Assembly (NCBI GenBank): GCA_963842885.1
Contig: CAWJIE010000004.1
Coordinates: forward strand, 64,001-128,000
Direction: 5' to 3'
Source: an uncultured Nitrososphaerota archaeon
Lineage (GTDB): Archaea > Thermoproteota > Nitrososphaeria > Conexivisphaerales > DTJL01
DNA length: 64,000 nucleotides
The notes beneath the pieces were generated by a model. That model made no database searches and had not been told where the DNA came from. It was given only the letters and a program-made list of their open reading frames with translations. Each line of letters starts with the position of its first letter. Within the stretch, counting starts at the first letter, position 1. The translations under genes were made by a program, and so were the position numbers. This document shows positions 9,397 to 17,856 of this stretch, one piece after another.

Positions 9397-10590
9397 TCAG
9401 GGGATTTCTGGCCTTGGGACCCCATGGTGTCTAGTGTCCTGCCTAGTACTTTCCCGATTGTCTTCTACACCTTGGAAAAACCGTCCCCACTGTCCCTCTG
9501 TCCCCTTGTTCGAAGGTTGGCTGGGACGGCGGGACGGATGGGACGGACTTTCGGGGATGCTAACGGGATACCGCTCAAGTAACTCTCTCTCCTGATCGGC
9601 ATCACAGGACACCCCTCTGACTCGGTTCTCCTTGTCGAGCCTGAATCCCAAGGCCTTTAGTTGTCTCCCGATGGTCGCGTTCCGGATTCTGTCCCGCTCT
9701 TCGAGGTTCTCGTTGATCTTCCTGGCTATGTCTGCGATGGGGACAAATCGCCTTTCACCCCTAGCGTCCAGAAAGGCATGGAAGACCGTCGCTTGGATCC
9801 CTTCTATCTCTTCTCTTATCCTGTCGGCCTCCAATTCGCTCGCGTAATCGACGAGTTTCTGCCGCTCGCGGTCTCCTGGTAGGACCTGAAGCAGAGGCTC
9901 AATTAGCTCGACCAACCTTCCGTCTCTCAGCTCCGTCAAGTACCCTCCTACGTCTGGGAGTCCGTCCCAGTATCCCATGTCATTCTCTAGCGCCACGCGC
10001 AGTTTTTGGGCCCGTTCTCGGTCCAGTCTGCGGGGCATAGCCCCGGCCTTCTTGGACATACGAATCGTTAGGCTTCTAGACGCAAGAGTCTGATGCTGAT
10101 CAACGAGTGCCGCGTAGGCTTTGAATCCAAAGAGGTCATATTCTCTGACCTCATACTGTCTTCCTTCCTTGGTTGTCACTTCCTCCGTCCTGTAGGCTTT
10201 CTGTCCCTTCCTCTGTCCGGCATTAAGGATGCTCATCATTTCAGGCGATAACGACGTTCTTCCTCCTTCGTCGATCAGCACCGTGGGATGCCTCTTCTCA
10301 ATGATTCGGTAGAGGGATGCGACTGATATCGATGGAGACATTATCGGCATCCAGGACAACGATTCTGCGACTTCGAGGGCCCTCGTCTTCCCCGAACTCG
10401 GCGGGCCAATGAAGGCAAGGTATGGAACATATTCAAAGCGTTGAGCCAAGTATGTGGCGATGATCCAGGCCGTCACAATATCATAATAGATCGCCTTTGA
10501 GAACCAGACATGCCTTTCGACGAATCCTCGCACCTGATAGTACAACTTCTCGTAACTTGAGTAGCAGAGTCTGACAGGCCTCTGAGGCAT
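9397..10590 (-). CDS. AAA+ ATPase of mobile-element replication type (MCM-like/DUF3631-associated), C-terminal wHTH-like region, no primase domain
   Basis: Walker A GPPSSGKT, Walker B VLIDE, ILNAG, LASRS arginine-finger-like motif; ATG overlaps upstream stop (TGATG). Confidence 0.7.
   Translation of the reverse strand: MPQRPVRLCYSSYEKLYYQVRGFVERHVWFSKAIYYDIVTAWIIATYLAQRFEYVPYLAFIGPPSSGKTRALEVAESLSWMPIMSPSISVASLYRIIEKRHPTVLIDEGGRTSLSPEMMSILNAGQRKGQKAYRTEEVTTKEGRQYEVREYDLFGFKAYAALVDQHQTLASRSLTIRMSKKAGAMPRRLDRERAQKLRVALENDMGYWDGLPDVGGYLTELRDGRLVELIEPLLQVLPGDRERQKLVDYASELEADRIREEIEGIQATVFHAFLDARGERRFVPIADIARKINENLEERDRIRNATIGRQLKALGFRLDKENRVRGVSCDADQERELLERYPVSIPESPSHPSRRPSQPSNKGTEGQWGRFFQGVEDNRESTRQDTRHHGVPRPEIP
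9481..9546. repeat. Mirror-symmetric iteron-like array; candidate replication origin
   Basis: CYGTCCC at 9481, 9490, 9498 and GGGACGG at 9523, 9531, 9540, all sharing a dyad centre at 9513.5. Confidence 0.65.
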
Positions 10591-10733
10591 CAAACCCTAT
10601 CCTCCTTCTGTGTTAGCGCGGCGTCAAGAATCAGGGATACTAGGTCCTGAATGCTGACGTCCCGATTGGCGGCCTCAATCTTCAAACGACGCCATATGTC
10701 TGCGTCTATGTGCAGGGTCTTCGTCCGTGTCAT
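10590..10733 (-). CDS. CopG/ribbon-helix-helix DNA-binding protein (47 aa)
   Basis: MTRTKTLHIDADIWRRLKIEAANRDVSIQDLVSLILDAALTQKEDRV*; beta-alpha-alpha pattern; coupled to the ATPase. Confidence 0.75.
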   Translation of the reverse strand: MTRTKTLHIDADIWRRLKIEAANRDVSIQDLVSLILDAALTQKEDRV

Positions 10734-10791
10734 ACCAACATCGCGTGCTGACATACCAATAGGTACTTATATCGTATGATATGAACCCTCT
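10731..10791. promoter_or_regulatory. Divergent promoter/operator region between two RHH-like genes
   Basis: TTATAT at 10767-10772; CATACCAA at 10731 and 10752; inverted GTATGA at 10774. Confidence 0.5.
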
Positions 10792-11133
10792 GTGATGTCA
10801 AAAAGCCAAAATGAGCATAAACCTCCGGGCCCGTCTACTATCAGAGTGACTGAAGACGTACGCAATTGGGTGAATGAAATACGACAGATCCTCGCAGACT
10901 ACCTACAGCGTCCATCCCTGACCCAGAACGAGGCGATAAGGTGGATGTGCGTATCCACAACGGGTGCTGCGGATGAGCTGTACAGGGAGACCTACTACAG
11001 GAAACAGAACGTCTCTAGGCTGACCGATCACCCACTGGACACGAAGCACCTTTGGGAGGCCGTAATCGCAATGCGGGAAGAAATAGACCAGAAGAAGACC
11101 AAGGACGAGGATACGCGCAGCCAGAATCCATAA
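10792..11133 (+). CDS. Hypothetical protein with RHH-like N-terminus
   Basis: STIRVTEDVRNWVNEIR...LTQNEAIRW fits an RHH pattern; divergent from the CopG-like gene. Confidence 0.55.
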   Translation: MMSKSQNEHKPPGPSTIRVTEDVRNWVNEIRQILADYLQRPSLTQNEAIRWMCVSTTGAADELYRETYYRKQNVSRLTDHPLDTKHLWEAVIAMREEIDQKKTKDEDTRSQNP

Positions 11134-11149
11134 TTATCGAACATGCCGG

Positions 11150-11435
11150 AAAATTCGGGATTCTGCGGCATTCTGGGCCAATCTGGACTTCTCTGGAACC
11201 TGAATCTAGGCCAAGATTCCGGAATATTCCGGTAAATGTCAGATTCTGGTGTCAAATGGGATCTTTCTGCGCCTAGCAGAATCCGACATTTTACGCCAGA
11301 TTCCCCCAGGTATCGCCAGAATCACACATTTTCCGACATTTTCGGTAATTCTGGATTCTACCAGCTGTTTAACGATTCTACCAGTTGTTTAGCGATTCTA
11401 GACGCAGCATGTTCGAACATGTTGGATTCTAGCGG
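11150..11435. repeat. Non-coding 10/20-bp periodic repeat region with palindromes
   Basis: HTCTG at 11161/11171/11181/11191; palindromes 11219-11232 and 11408-11421; inverted repeat 11234-11248/11277-11291; 20-bp tandem GATTCTACCAGYTGTTTARC at 11354 and 11374. Confidence 0.7.
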
Positions 11436-11745
11436 CATCTTTAGCCCATCTGAACCCAACGGGAACCAGCATATTGGCTTGGATTCGCGAATCTTCAAAT
11501 AGTTCATTCCAGCCTTGAACTAGATATGGGAATCACAAAAGAGCAAAAAGAAAAAAGGGCGAAGAAGAAAGGAGCCATAAGGAGGAGGAGGAAGGCGTCG
11601 TCGATGTTCACGAAACGGTAGAGTTTTGCCTTAGAATAGTCGATTCCGGCCTCAAATTGCTGCAGCAGAAGAAAGCAGAAAGAATCAGCGACCGGAATCT
11701 GGCCGCATCTTCGGGAAACTTCTGGCAATTCGGGTCCATCTGGGT

Positions 11746-11900
11746 CAAACCAACTGCAACTGACTCCACAATAAGCTCGAATTGGCTTTAACTAGCTCCA
11801 AACAAGCGCCAACCAAGTTAAACTAACCACAAAAGGGCACCAACCAAGTCAAACTAAGCGCAAATAAGCGCCAATCAAGTCGAATTAACCGGAAACAACC
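11746..11900. repeat. Degenerate tandem array of ~15 units of 10-11 bp
   Basis: Units such as CCAAACAAGCG, CCAACCAAGT, CAAACTAAGCG; CCAAYCAAGT recurs at 11809, 11840, 11871. Confidence 0.75.
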
Positions 11901-11980
11901 AGCACAAACGGCTTTGGCTGCTAGGCTGGCTCAGCCTCGACGTGCCGGTTATTAGGGAGTAAGACTCCACGTTGTGCGTA

Positions 11981-12496
11981 ATGCCCAGCAACGAAGACAT
12001 CATCAAATACCTCCGCGAATACAGTCAATCGAATATATTTGAAAAGCAGTCCGAAGGAGGCAATCGTTATGACCTCTACCGTACGACCTGGGAAGACCGA
12101 GCTCGCCGCTCCGGTAGGGCATTGTCAACGTTCACTATCAGAGAAATACAGAGGGTTGCCCAAGACAGGTTCGGCGCGGACAAGGTCAAGAAGGAGAGGC
12201 CGGTCATTCCGAACTGTAAGCTAGCGTTTGACCTTTGGAATGAAGAACAACAGACGGCATTTGAGATCTGCCTGAGTTCTATAAAGAACGAGTTTCACAA
12301 GGACGTACTCAAGGGTCTGCTTGCCAAGGATGCCAAGGAGCTGATTATCCTGTACTGTGATTATAGATATCTTAGTGATGGGGAGTACCGGTACCGGGGT
12401 CGTAGGTTTCTCGGGCAGGCTTCGGTAACAGAGATAGTCAGGTTGGCCAAGGAAAGGGGACTGACCGTTACGTGTCTTTTGCTCGTCCCAGACTAG
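11981..12496 (+). CDS. Hypothetical protein, possible PD-(D/E)xK-fold nuclease
   Basis: KERPV...LAFDLW...TAFEICL...KNEFHKD spacing resembles a restriction-endonuclease core. Confidence 0.5.
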   Translation: MPSNEDIIKYLREYSQSNIFEKQSEGGNRYDLYRTTWEDRARRSGRALSTFTIREIQRVAQDRFGADKVKKERPVIPNCKLAFDLWNEEQQTAFEICLSSIKNEFHKDVLKGLLAKDAKELIILYCDYRYLSDGEYRYRGRRFLGQASVTEIVRLAKERGLTVTCLLLVPD

Positions 12497-13673
12497 TAGG
12501 GGATGACTTCTGGCTGCTGGGCCTTCCTTCTCCTTCATTGGATCTACTGTTCTGAATGGTTTCTGACAGCAGTCTAACCTGTTCTTTGATTCCGTCGACT
12601 TCCTTCCTCAGTGCCAGGTTCTCCTTCTCTAGCTCCTCCAGCTTCTGCAAGGATGGACCTTTGACCTGCTCGAGAATCGTCAGTTCAGGTACAGCCTTCA
12701 GGTAGTCTTGGAGAATCTCTTGAGACGTCGGCCGATAGTAGTTGTCTGCCAGCCCTACGTTGTGCCCCATGAGCATCTCCACATGCAGGGACTTCATCTG
12801 TCGCTCGCATACGCTCTTGAAGAACTTCCTGAAGCCATGGTCCACCTGGAACTCGTGCCTCCGCTTCCCTGCTGCAAGTGCCTTGCGGATGCCTGTACCC
12901 TTCAAGGCATCCTCCATCATCCGCTTGATTCCAGAGCTCTTGAGCCGCTTTGGTATCTGAGGTTCTCCCTTTGCCTAGCTTGTCAGGGTGGAAGAGGTCC
13001 CTGATCACAGGAGAGTTCTTGTCCACCCTCTCCCCGCTGCCCTTTCTGAAGCTGATGTATTCGTCAAGGGCTTGGTAACATTCAGGCGTAATAAAGCTTG
13101 AAGTATTCTTCAGGGGTCCCTCCATAGACCTTGATTATCCCGGCCACAAGCTGCCCATCTGTCTTCGACCTTCTCGATGTGCCCCCAGCTCAGATAGTCG
13201 AACGCCCCTATCCTGATCCCGGAGGAGAGCATCAGAAGGACGGCAGGCTTGACTCGCCTGTCAGGATAAGCGAGGATCCGCTTGACCTCGTCGACGGTGG
13301 GGATCCTGTCCTGTCCATAGCTCCTCCCATGGGGGATCCTTCTCCCTATCTTCTTCCAGTTCAGGGAGATATCGTTCATCTCGCAGAACAGCTTGATGGG
13401 CTTGAAGTAGTTAGGGACGGTAGCCTCAGAGATCTCCTTCTTCTCTGCTCTGTCCTTCTGGAGTCGCATGTAGTCGTTTATGACGTAGGTGGCCCACTGG
13501 GGATCTACCTTGCTTTACCAGCGAAAGCCTTGGCTCTGTCGCTGAATGTGGGCCCTTCAACGTTGATATGATGGAGGAAGAGGTCCAGCCTCCTCTCATA
13601 TCTTATCCTTGGTGAGCGGGGACTTTATGGCATCGAAGAATTCTGTCAAAGGGTCCGTCTGTTCGGGGTACAC
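12468..13673 (-). CDS. Tyrosine recombinase/integrase, split by about five frameshifts
   Basis: Fragments give KSPLTKD.YERRLDLF, NYFKPIKLFCEMND, SSGIRIG, KVYGG, HGFRKFF, MLMGH, DNYY; adjacent to the tRNA att site. Confidence 0.88.
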
Positions 13674-13714
13674 ACTTTAGGTAGATAAGGAATCCTATTT
13701 AAGAACTCAAATAG

Positions 13715-13793
13715 TGGCGGGCCCGGTGGGATTCGAACCCACGACATCCGCCTTAGAGGGGCGGCGCTCTAATCCAAGCTGAGCCACGGGTCC
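13715..13793 (-). tRNA. tRNA-Arg (anticodon TCT as read), CCA encoded; integration target
   Basis: Cloverleaf GGACCCGTGGCTCAGC...CCGCC-CCTCTAA-GGCGG...GGTTCGAATCCC...GCCA; atypical C33 and A3:C70. Confidence 0.85.
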
Positions 13794-13900
13794 TGCGAGG
13801 AAGGGGAGATTCCCGTGACGTAAAAAGCATTTCGACCTCGCAGGGGCTCCACGGAGACCCGAGTACGTTTATGAATGGATGCCACGTATCAGCCGCCGTC

Positions 13901-15274
13901 ATGATCAAGCTCTTTGGCACGAACGGCATCCGCGGCATCCCGGGCAAGGACCTCACAGACGAATTGGTCACGAGGGTCGGGAAGGCCGTGGGCCAGAGGC
14001 TGGGGAAGGACATCGTGGTCGGATGTGACGGACGCGTCAGCAGCCCGTGGCTCTCCAAGGTCATGGCTAACGCCATCAACTCTGCAGGCTCCAATGTGTA
14101 CTTCGTGGGGCTGGCCCCCACTCCCGCGATCCAGTTGTTTGCTGGAAGCGGAAAGTTCACGGGAGGTGTGGTGATCACTGCGTCTCACAATCCGCCGGAG
14201 TTCAACGGGATCAAGGTTATGGGGCCCAATGGAGTCGAAATCCCTCGTCGTACCGAAGCGGAGATTGAAGGGCTCGTCGATTCGATGACGGCCGGCAAGG
14301 GGAGCGGAGGCGGAAGGTTCTACGAGAGGCCGGGAATTGTGGACATGTACGTGCGGAGCATCCCTCAGAAGGTCGATGCCGCAGCCATCAGGAAGAGGGC
14401 CTTCACCATCGCAGTGGACGCGGGAAACGGAGCTCAGAGCGTCTCAGCCCCTAGCCTGTACGAGAGTCTGGGATGCAGGGTGATTCCCATTTTCTGCCAA
14501 GTCGACGGCCTCTTCCCCGGGAGGGGTTCGGAGCCCGTGGCGGAGAAACTCACTGTCCTCGTGGAGACAGTCAGGAGGGAGAAGGCTGACCTGGGCGTTG
14601 CATTCGACGGGGACGGAGACCGAGTGGTCTTCTGCGACGAGAAGGGAACGCTTTATACGGGCGACAGGTCAGGGGCGCTTCTTCTCGAGTACATCCTTTC
14701 GAAGAGAGGAGGCCAGAAGGTGGTGACAACGGTTGCCACATCCAACATCGTTGAGTATGTGGTGACCAGGCATGAATCCACGCTGTTCAAAATCAGGGTC
14801 GGAAGCGTCGATGTCACAGAGAGGATGCTGAGAGAGAGGGCCGTGGTCGGTCTCGAGGAGAACGGCGGGTTCTTTTACCTCCCTCATCAGCCCGTCAGGG
14901 ACGGAGGCATGGCATCCTCTCTCATGCTGGACGCTTTGGCACACTGGAACGTTCCCTTCTCCGTGGCGATGGAGAGGCTCCCACGGTATTACCAGCGGAA
15001 AGGCAAGCTGGCGTGCCCGAACCCCCTGAAACGGGGAGTGCTGGAGGAAGTGAAGAGCCAGGCGGACGGGGAGCTGGACCTCACCGACGGAGTGCGCATC
15101 AACTTCAGGGACGGGTCGTGGGTGATCGTCAGACCCAGCGGAACCGAACCTCTCATCCGGGTCTTCTCTGAGTCGACCGATGAAAAGCGCGCAGAGGAGC
15201 TCTTCACAAGATACTTTGCGCTAGCCGAAGAGAATACAAAAAAACTGCAAAAAAGCGCGACTTACCTAGCTTAG
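13901..15274 (+). CDS. Phosphoglucosamine mutase / PMM-PGM family
   Basis: LFGTNGIRG, TASHNP, FDGDGDR, VRPSGTEP. Confidence 0.93.
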   Translation: MIKLFGTNGIRGIPGKDLTDELVTRVGKAVGQRLGKDIVVGCDGRVSSPWLSKVMANAINSAGSNVYFVGLAPTPAIQLFAGSGKFTGGVVITASHNPPEFNGIKVMGPNGVEIPRRTEAEIEGLVDSMTAGKGSGGGRFYERPGIVDMYVRSIPQKVDAAAIRKRAFTIAVDAGNGAQSVSAPSLYESLGCRVIPIFCQVDGLFPGRGSEPVAEKLTVLVETVRREKADLGVAFDGDGDRVVFCDEKGTLYTGDRSGALLLEYILSKRGGQKVVTTVATSNIVEYVVTRHESTLFKIRVGSVDVTERMLRERAVVGLEENGGFFYLPHQPVRDGGMASSLMLDALAHWNVPFSVAMERLPRYYQRKGKLACPNPLKRGVLEEVKSQADGELDLTDGVRINFRDGSWVIVRPSGTEPLIRVFSESTDEKRAEELFTRYFALAEENTKKLQKSATYLA

Positions 15275-15442
15275 CCCGAGATCAGGGAACTTAGCCTGCG
15301 GAACACCCAATTCGCTCTGTAGGGTCCTGATCCTTCCGGCGTACTCCTTCATCTTCTCCTTGTCGTTCTGGACCTTGGCGATCTTGTAAGCTTTCCAGGC
15401 CTTCTTTAGGGCTCCCCAAGTCTGTCCTTTCGTGTACGGCAT
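15266..15442 (-). CDS. Small basic hypothetical protein (58 aa)
   Basis: MPYTKGQTWGALKKAWKAYKIAK...; clean ORF, resembles a small protein recalled from Nitrososphaerota genomes. Confidence 0.75.
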   Translation of the reverse strand: MPYTKGQTWGALKKAWKAYKIAKVQNDKEKMKEYAGRIRTLQSELGVPQAKFPDLGLS

Positions 15443-15589
15443 TTGAGATTCCTCGGGACTACCTTGTCTCATGTCTCAAATAAAAGCGTTTCGCGTTTCA
15501 TTAAGAAGACAGCCTGTGAAGTGAGACGCCCAACGACAGACGGCTTGGAAGAAACGGGTCAGCGAGCGGCCAAACTTAAGAAATCCAGC

Positions 15590-16552
15590 TCATCGAAGGT
15601 GTACCCACCCGTCGGCGGGGATTTCGGTGGCGGGAGAGCGTCCCGGCGGAGAGTACAGGACGCGGGCCTTCCCCCTCCTGACGGCGCCGAAGGGGTAGAG
15701 TCTGGCGCCGGCCCTCGCGGCTAATGAGATAGCTGTCGGAAGCTTGGCTTCGGGCACAGCCAGGACGGCCTCGTACTCCTCTCCTCCGTGAAGGACGAGG
15801 TCAAGGGAGTCGCATCCGGCTGACGAGCAGGCCCTGAGGAAGGCAGGTTCAGCTGGGAGGCTGGTCATCACCATCTCCCTTCCGCTCTGTTTCGACATTT
15901 CGTTCAGCGTGATTGCAAGTCCGTCGCTCGAATCCATCGACGCGTTGACGACTCCGGCGTCAATCAGGAGTTTGCAGAGACCCTTCTTGGGAGACGGCTG
16001 GTAGACGCTTGACAGAGACGCTGCGGCGAGGGAACGAGGAAGGGGCTCCCCGCCTAGTAGATGCCTCAGTCCAAGTGCCGTCAAACCGAATGGGCCGGTC
16101 GCCACGAGCCTGTCTCCGACCTTCGCACCGTCTCTCCTCACCATCCTCCTGGCGTAGCCGGCGACGGCGACGTCAATCACCAGGTCGTCGGCCCCGTTGA
16201 CGTCACCTCCGAGGATGGGGACTTCGTATTGGATGCTGGCGTCCCTGAGACCCGTGGAAAGCAGAGTCACGTTCCCCACCGTGGCCAGCCGCCTAGGGAT
16301 GCCGAACGAAACCATGAAGCCCCAGAGGTCCGCCCCCTTGCACAGCATGTCGGAAAGGGACGCCACTACGGCCTTCCTGGATGCCTGCCGGAGCGTCATC
16401 CCCCTTGGAATATCGGTGCTCTTCACCAGCATGTCGGTCTTGAGGACGAAGAACCCTCGTCCTTTCTTGATGAATGAGACATCATCTAATAGATCGGCCT
16501 TCTGCGACGCAAAGGTCTCGCGGATGAGGTTGATGATGCGCAGTTCGTTCAT
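15590..16552 (-). CDS. thiL: Thiamine-monophosphate kinase
   Basis: DDV, KTDMLV, SLSD...KGA, GGD, DSSDGLA, GGEEYE. Confidence 0.9.
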   Translation of the reverse strand: MNELRIINLIRETFASQKADLLDDVSFIKKGRGFFVLKTDMLVKSTDIPRGMTLRQASRKAVVASLSDMLCKGADLWGFMVSFGIPRRLATVGNVTLLSTGLRDASIQYEVPILGGDVNGADDLVIDVAVAGYARRMVRRDGAKVGDRLVATGPFGLTALGLRHLLGGEPLPRSLAAASLSSVYQPSPKKGLCKLLIDAGVVNASMDSSDGLAITLNEMSKQSGREMVMTSLPAEPAFLRACSSAGCDSLDLVLHGGEEYEAVLAVPEAKLPTAISLAARAGARLYPFGAVRRGKARVLYSPPGRSPATEIPADGWVHLR

Positions 16553-16554
16553 GG

Positions 16555-17856
16555 TTACTCCGCCCCCGAGCTCATCGCACGCGCCAGGAGCGCCTTCGCT
16601 TCGTCAACGGCGGCAGGCAGCTCCTTCGCGTCGCGGGCCTCCACCGATATCCTGACTGCGTCCTCGGTTCTTGAAGGCCTGAAAAGGATCCAGCCGCGGC
16701 TGCCATTAATCCTAACCCCGTCCAGGGTAATCGAGTCTGGGTGTTCGCGGCGTATCAATTCTAGACCTTTCTCGAACGAGGGCCTGTCGGCCTCCATCTT
16801 GAGCCGCTCCAGGGAGTAGGATGGAAGCTCTGCGACGATGTCCTTCAGTGCGCTCCGCCGAAGGGACCGCACCAGAAGCGCTGCGGCCAGGAGGCCGTCT
16901 CGGCAGTAGCTGAAGTCAGGGAAGATCACTCCCCCGCTGCTTCCCTCCCCTCCGAGCGAAGACCTAGTCTCGAGCACGGTCCTAACGACGTTCGCCTCAC
17001 CTACCGGCGCCAGGACGACCTTCCCGCCGTTGCTGCGGACGATGTCCGCCACGGCCGAGGATGTATCCACGCTCATGACTACCGTATCATTCTCCTTGAC
17101 CGTGCCAAGCGCCATAAGCGCGAAGATTGTGTCGGGCGGCAGCTTGTTTCCCTCAGCGTCCATCACGACCAATCGGTCCCCGTCGCCGTCGAAGGCGAAG
17201 CCGACGTCGCACCGATGCAGGATGACTTCACGTGAAAGCTGCTCGAGGGGGTCCTCGGTGGGATCCATCCTTCGGTTGAAGGCCCCTGCCCTCATGTTGA
17301 TAGCATGCACTTCAGCACCCATCATCTCGAAGAGCTGCGTCGCCGACTTCGTGGCGCTCCCGCCTCCCAGGTCCAAGCCCACCTTGACGCCTATCCCTGA
17401 ATCGAGACCGACTCTTTGCAGGATGTTGTCATAGTAGGGGGACGAAGCAGGCTCCACCCTCCCTGCTGACAAGGTGGGATGGGACTGTCTGATGGCGAGC
17501 AGCTCCTCTTCGCCTATCCCCGTCCCGTCCTTCATGATGAACTTCAGCCCATTCCACTCGGGGGGGTTGTGCGACGCGGTCACCATCACGCCGCCGTCCA
17601 TTCCGGAGACCCTCACGTACCTGAAGATCTCGGGAGTGGTAACCAAGCCAAGCCTGTGTACGACGCATCCTACGCCCGCGAGAGCGTCCACCACCGCCTT
17701 TAGCAGGGGCTCGGACGAAGGGCGAGTGTCGCACCCAGCTGCGATGTCACCTCCGGCCGCGAAGGCGGCGAACCGGGAGGCCCAGCTCTTGACGTATGCT
17801 ATGGAGAGGTCCTTACCGTAGACGCCGCGAAGGCCGGAGATCGATTCAATGACCAA
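16555..17856 (-). CDS. Phosphomannomutase/phosphoglucomutase family, second paralog
   Basis: SISGLRG, TASHNP, FDGDGDR, RPSRTE. Confidence 0.9.
   Translation of the reverse strand: MVIESISGLRGVYGKDLSIAYVKSWASRFAAFAAGGDIAAGCDTRPSSEPLLKAVVDALAGVGCVVHRLGLVTTPEIFRYVRVSGMDGGVMVTASHNPPEWNGLKFIMKDGTGIGEEELLAIRQSHPTLSAGRVEPASSPYYDNILQRVGLDSGIGVKVGLDLGGGSATKSATQLFEMMGAEVHAINMRAGAFNRRMDPTEDPLEQLSREVILHRCDVGFAFDGDGDRLVVMDAEGNKLPPDTIFALMALGTVKENDTVVMSVDTSSAVADIVRSNGGKVVLAPVGEANVVRTVLETRSSLGGEGSSGGVIFPDFSYCRDGLLAAALLVRSLRRSALKDIVAELPSYSLERLKMEADRPSFEKGLELIRREHPDSITLDGVRINGSRGWILFRPSRTEDAVRISVEARDAKELPAAVDEAKALLARAMSSGAE

Larger units (their letters stand above)
6136..13739. mobile_element. tRNA-Arg-integrated element (~7.6 kb) with tyrosine integrase, replication-type ATPase and restriction-modification cargo
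   Basis: 23-bp direct repeat 6136-6158 / 13717-13739 (1 mismatch) equal to the tRNA 3' end; integrase adjacent to the tRNA; visibly lower GC than flanks. Confidence 0.9.

Noticed and set aside
11527-11790. Small basic/acidic ORF between the two repeat arrays
   Set aside because: Stops after 31 codons unless frameshifted; no recognisable motif, so not called.
11150-11900. CRISPR array
   Set aside because: Repeats are short, degenerate and tandem, with no unique spacers and no cas genes.
13748-13764. Amber-suppressor reading of the tRNA loop (contains CUCUAA)
   Set aside because: The perfect 5-bp stem fixes the register at UCU, and many conserved genes here end properly at TAG.
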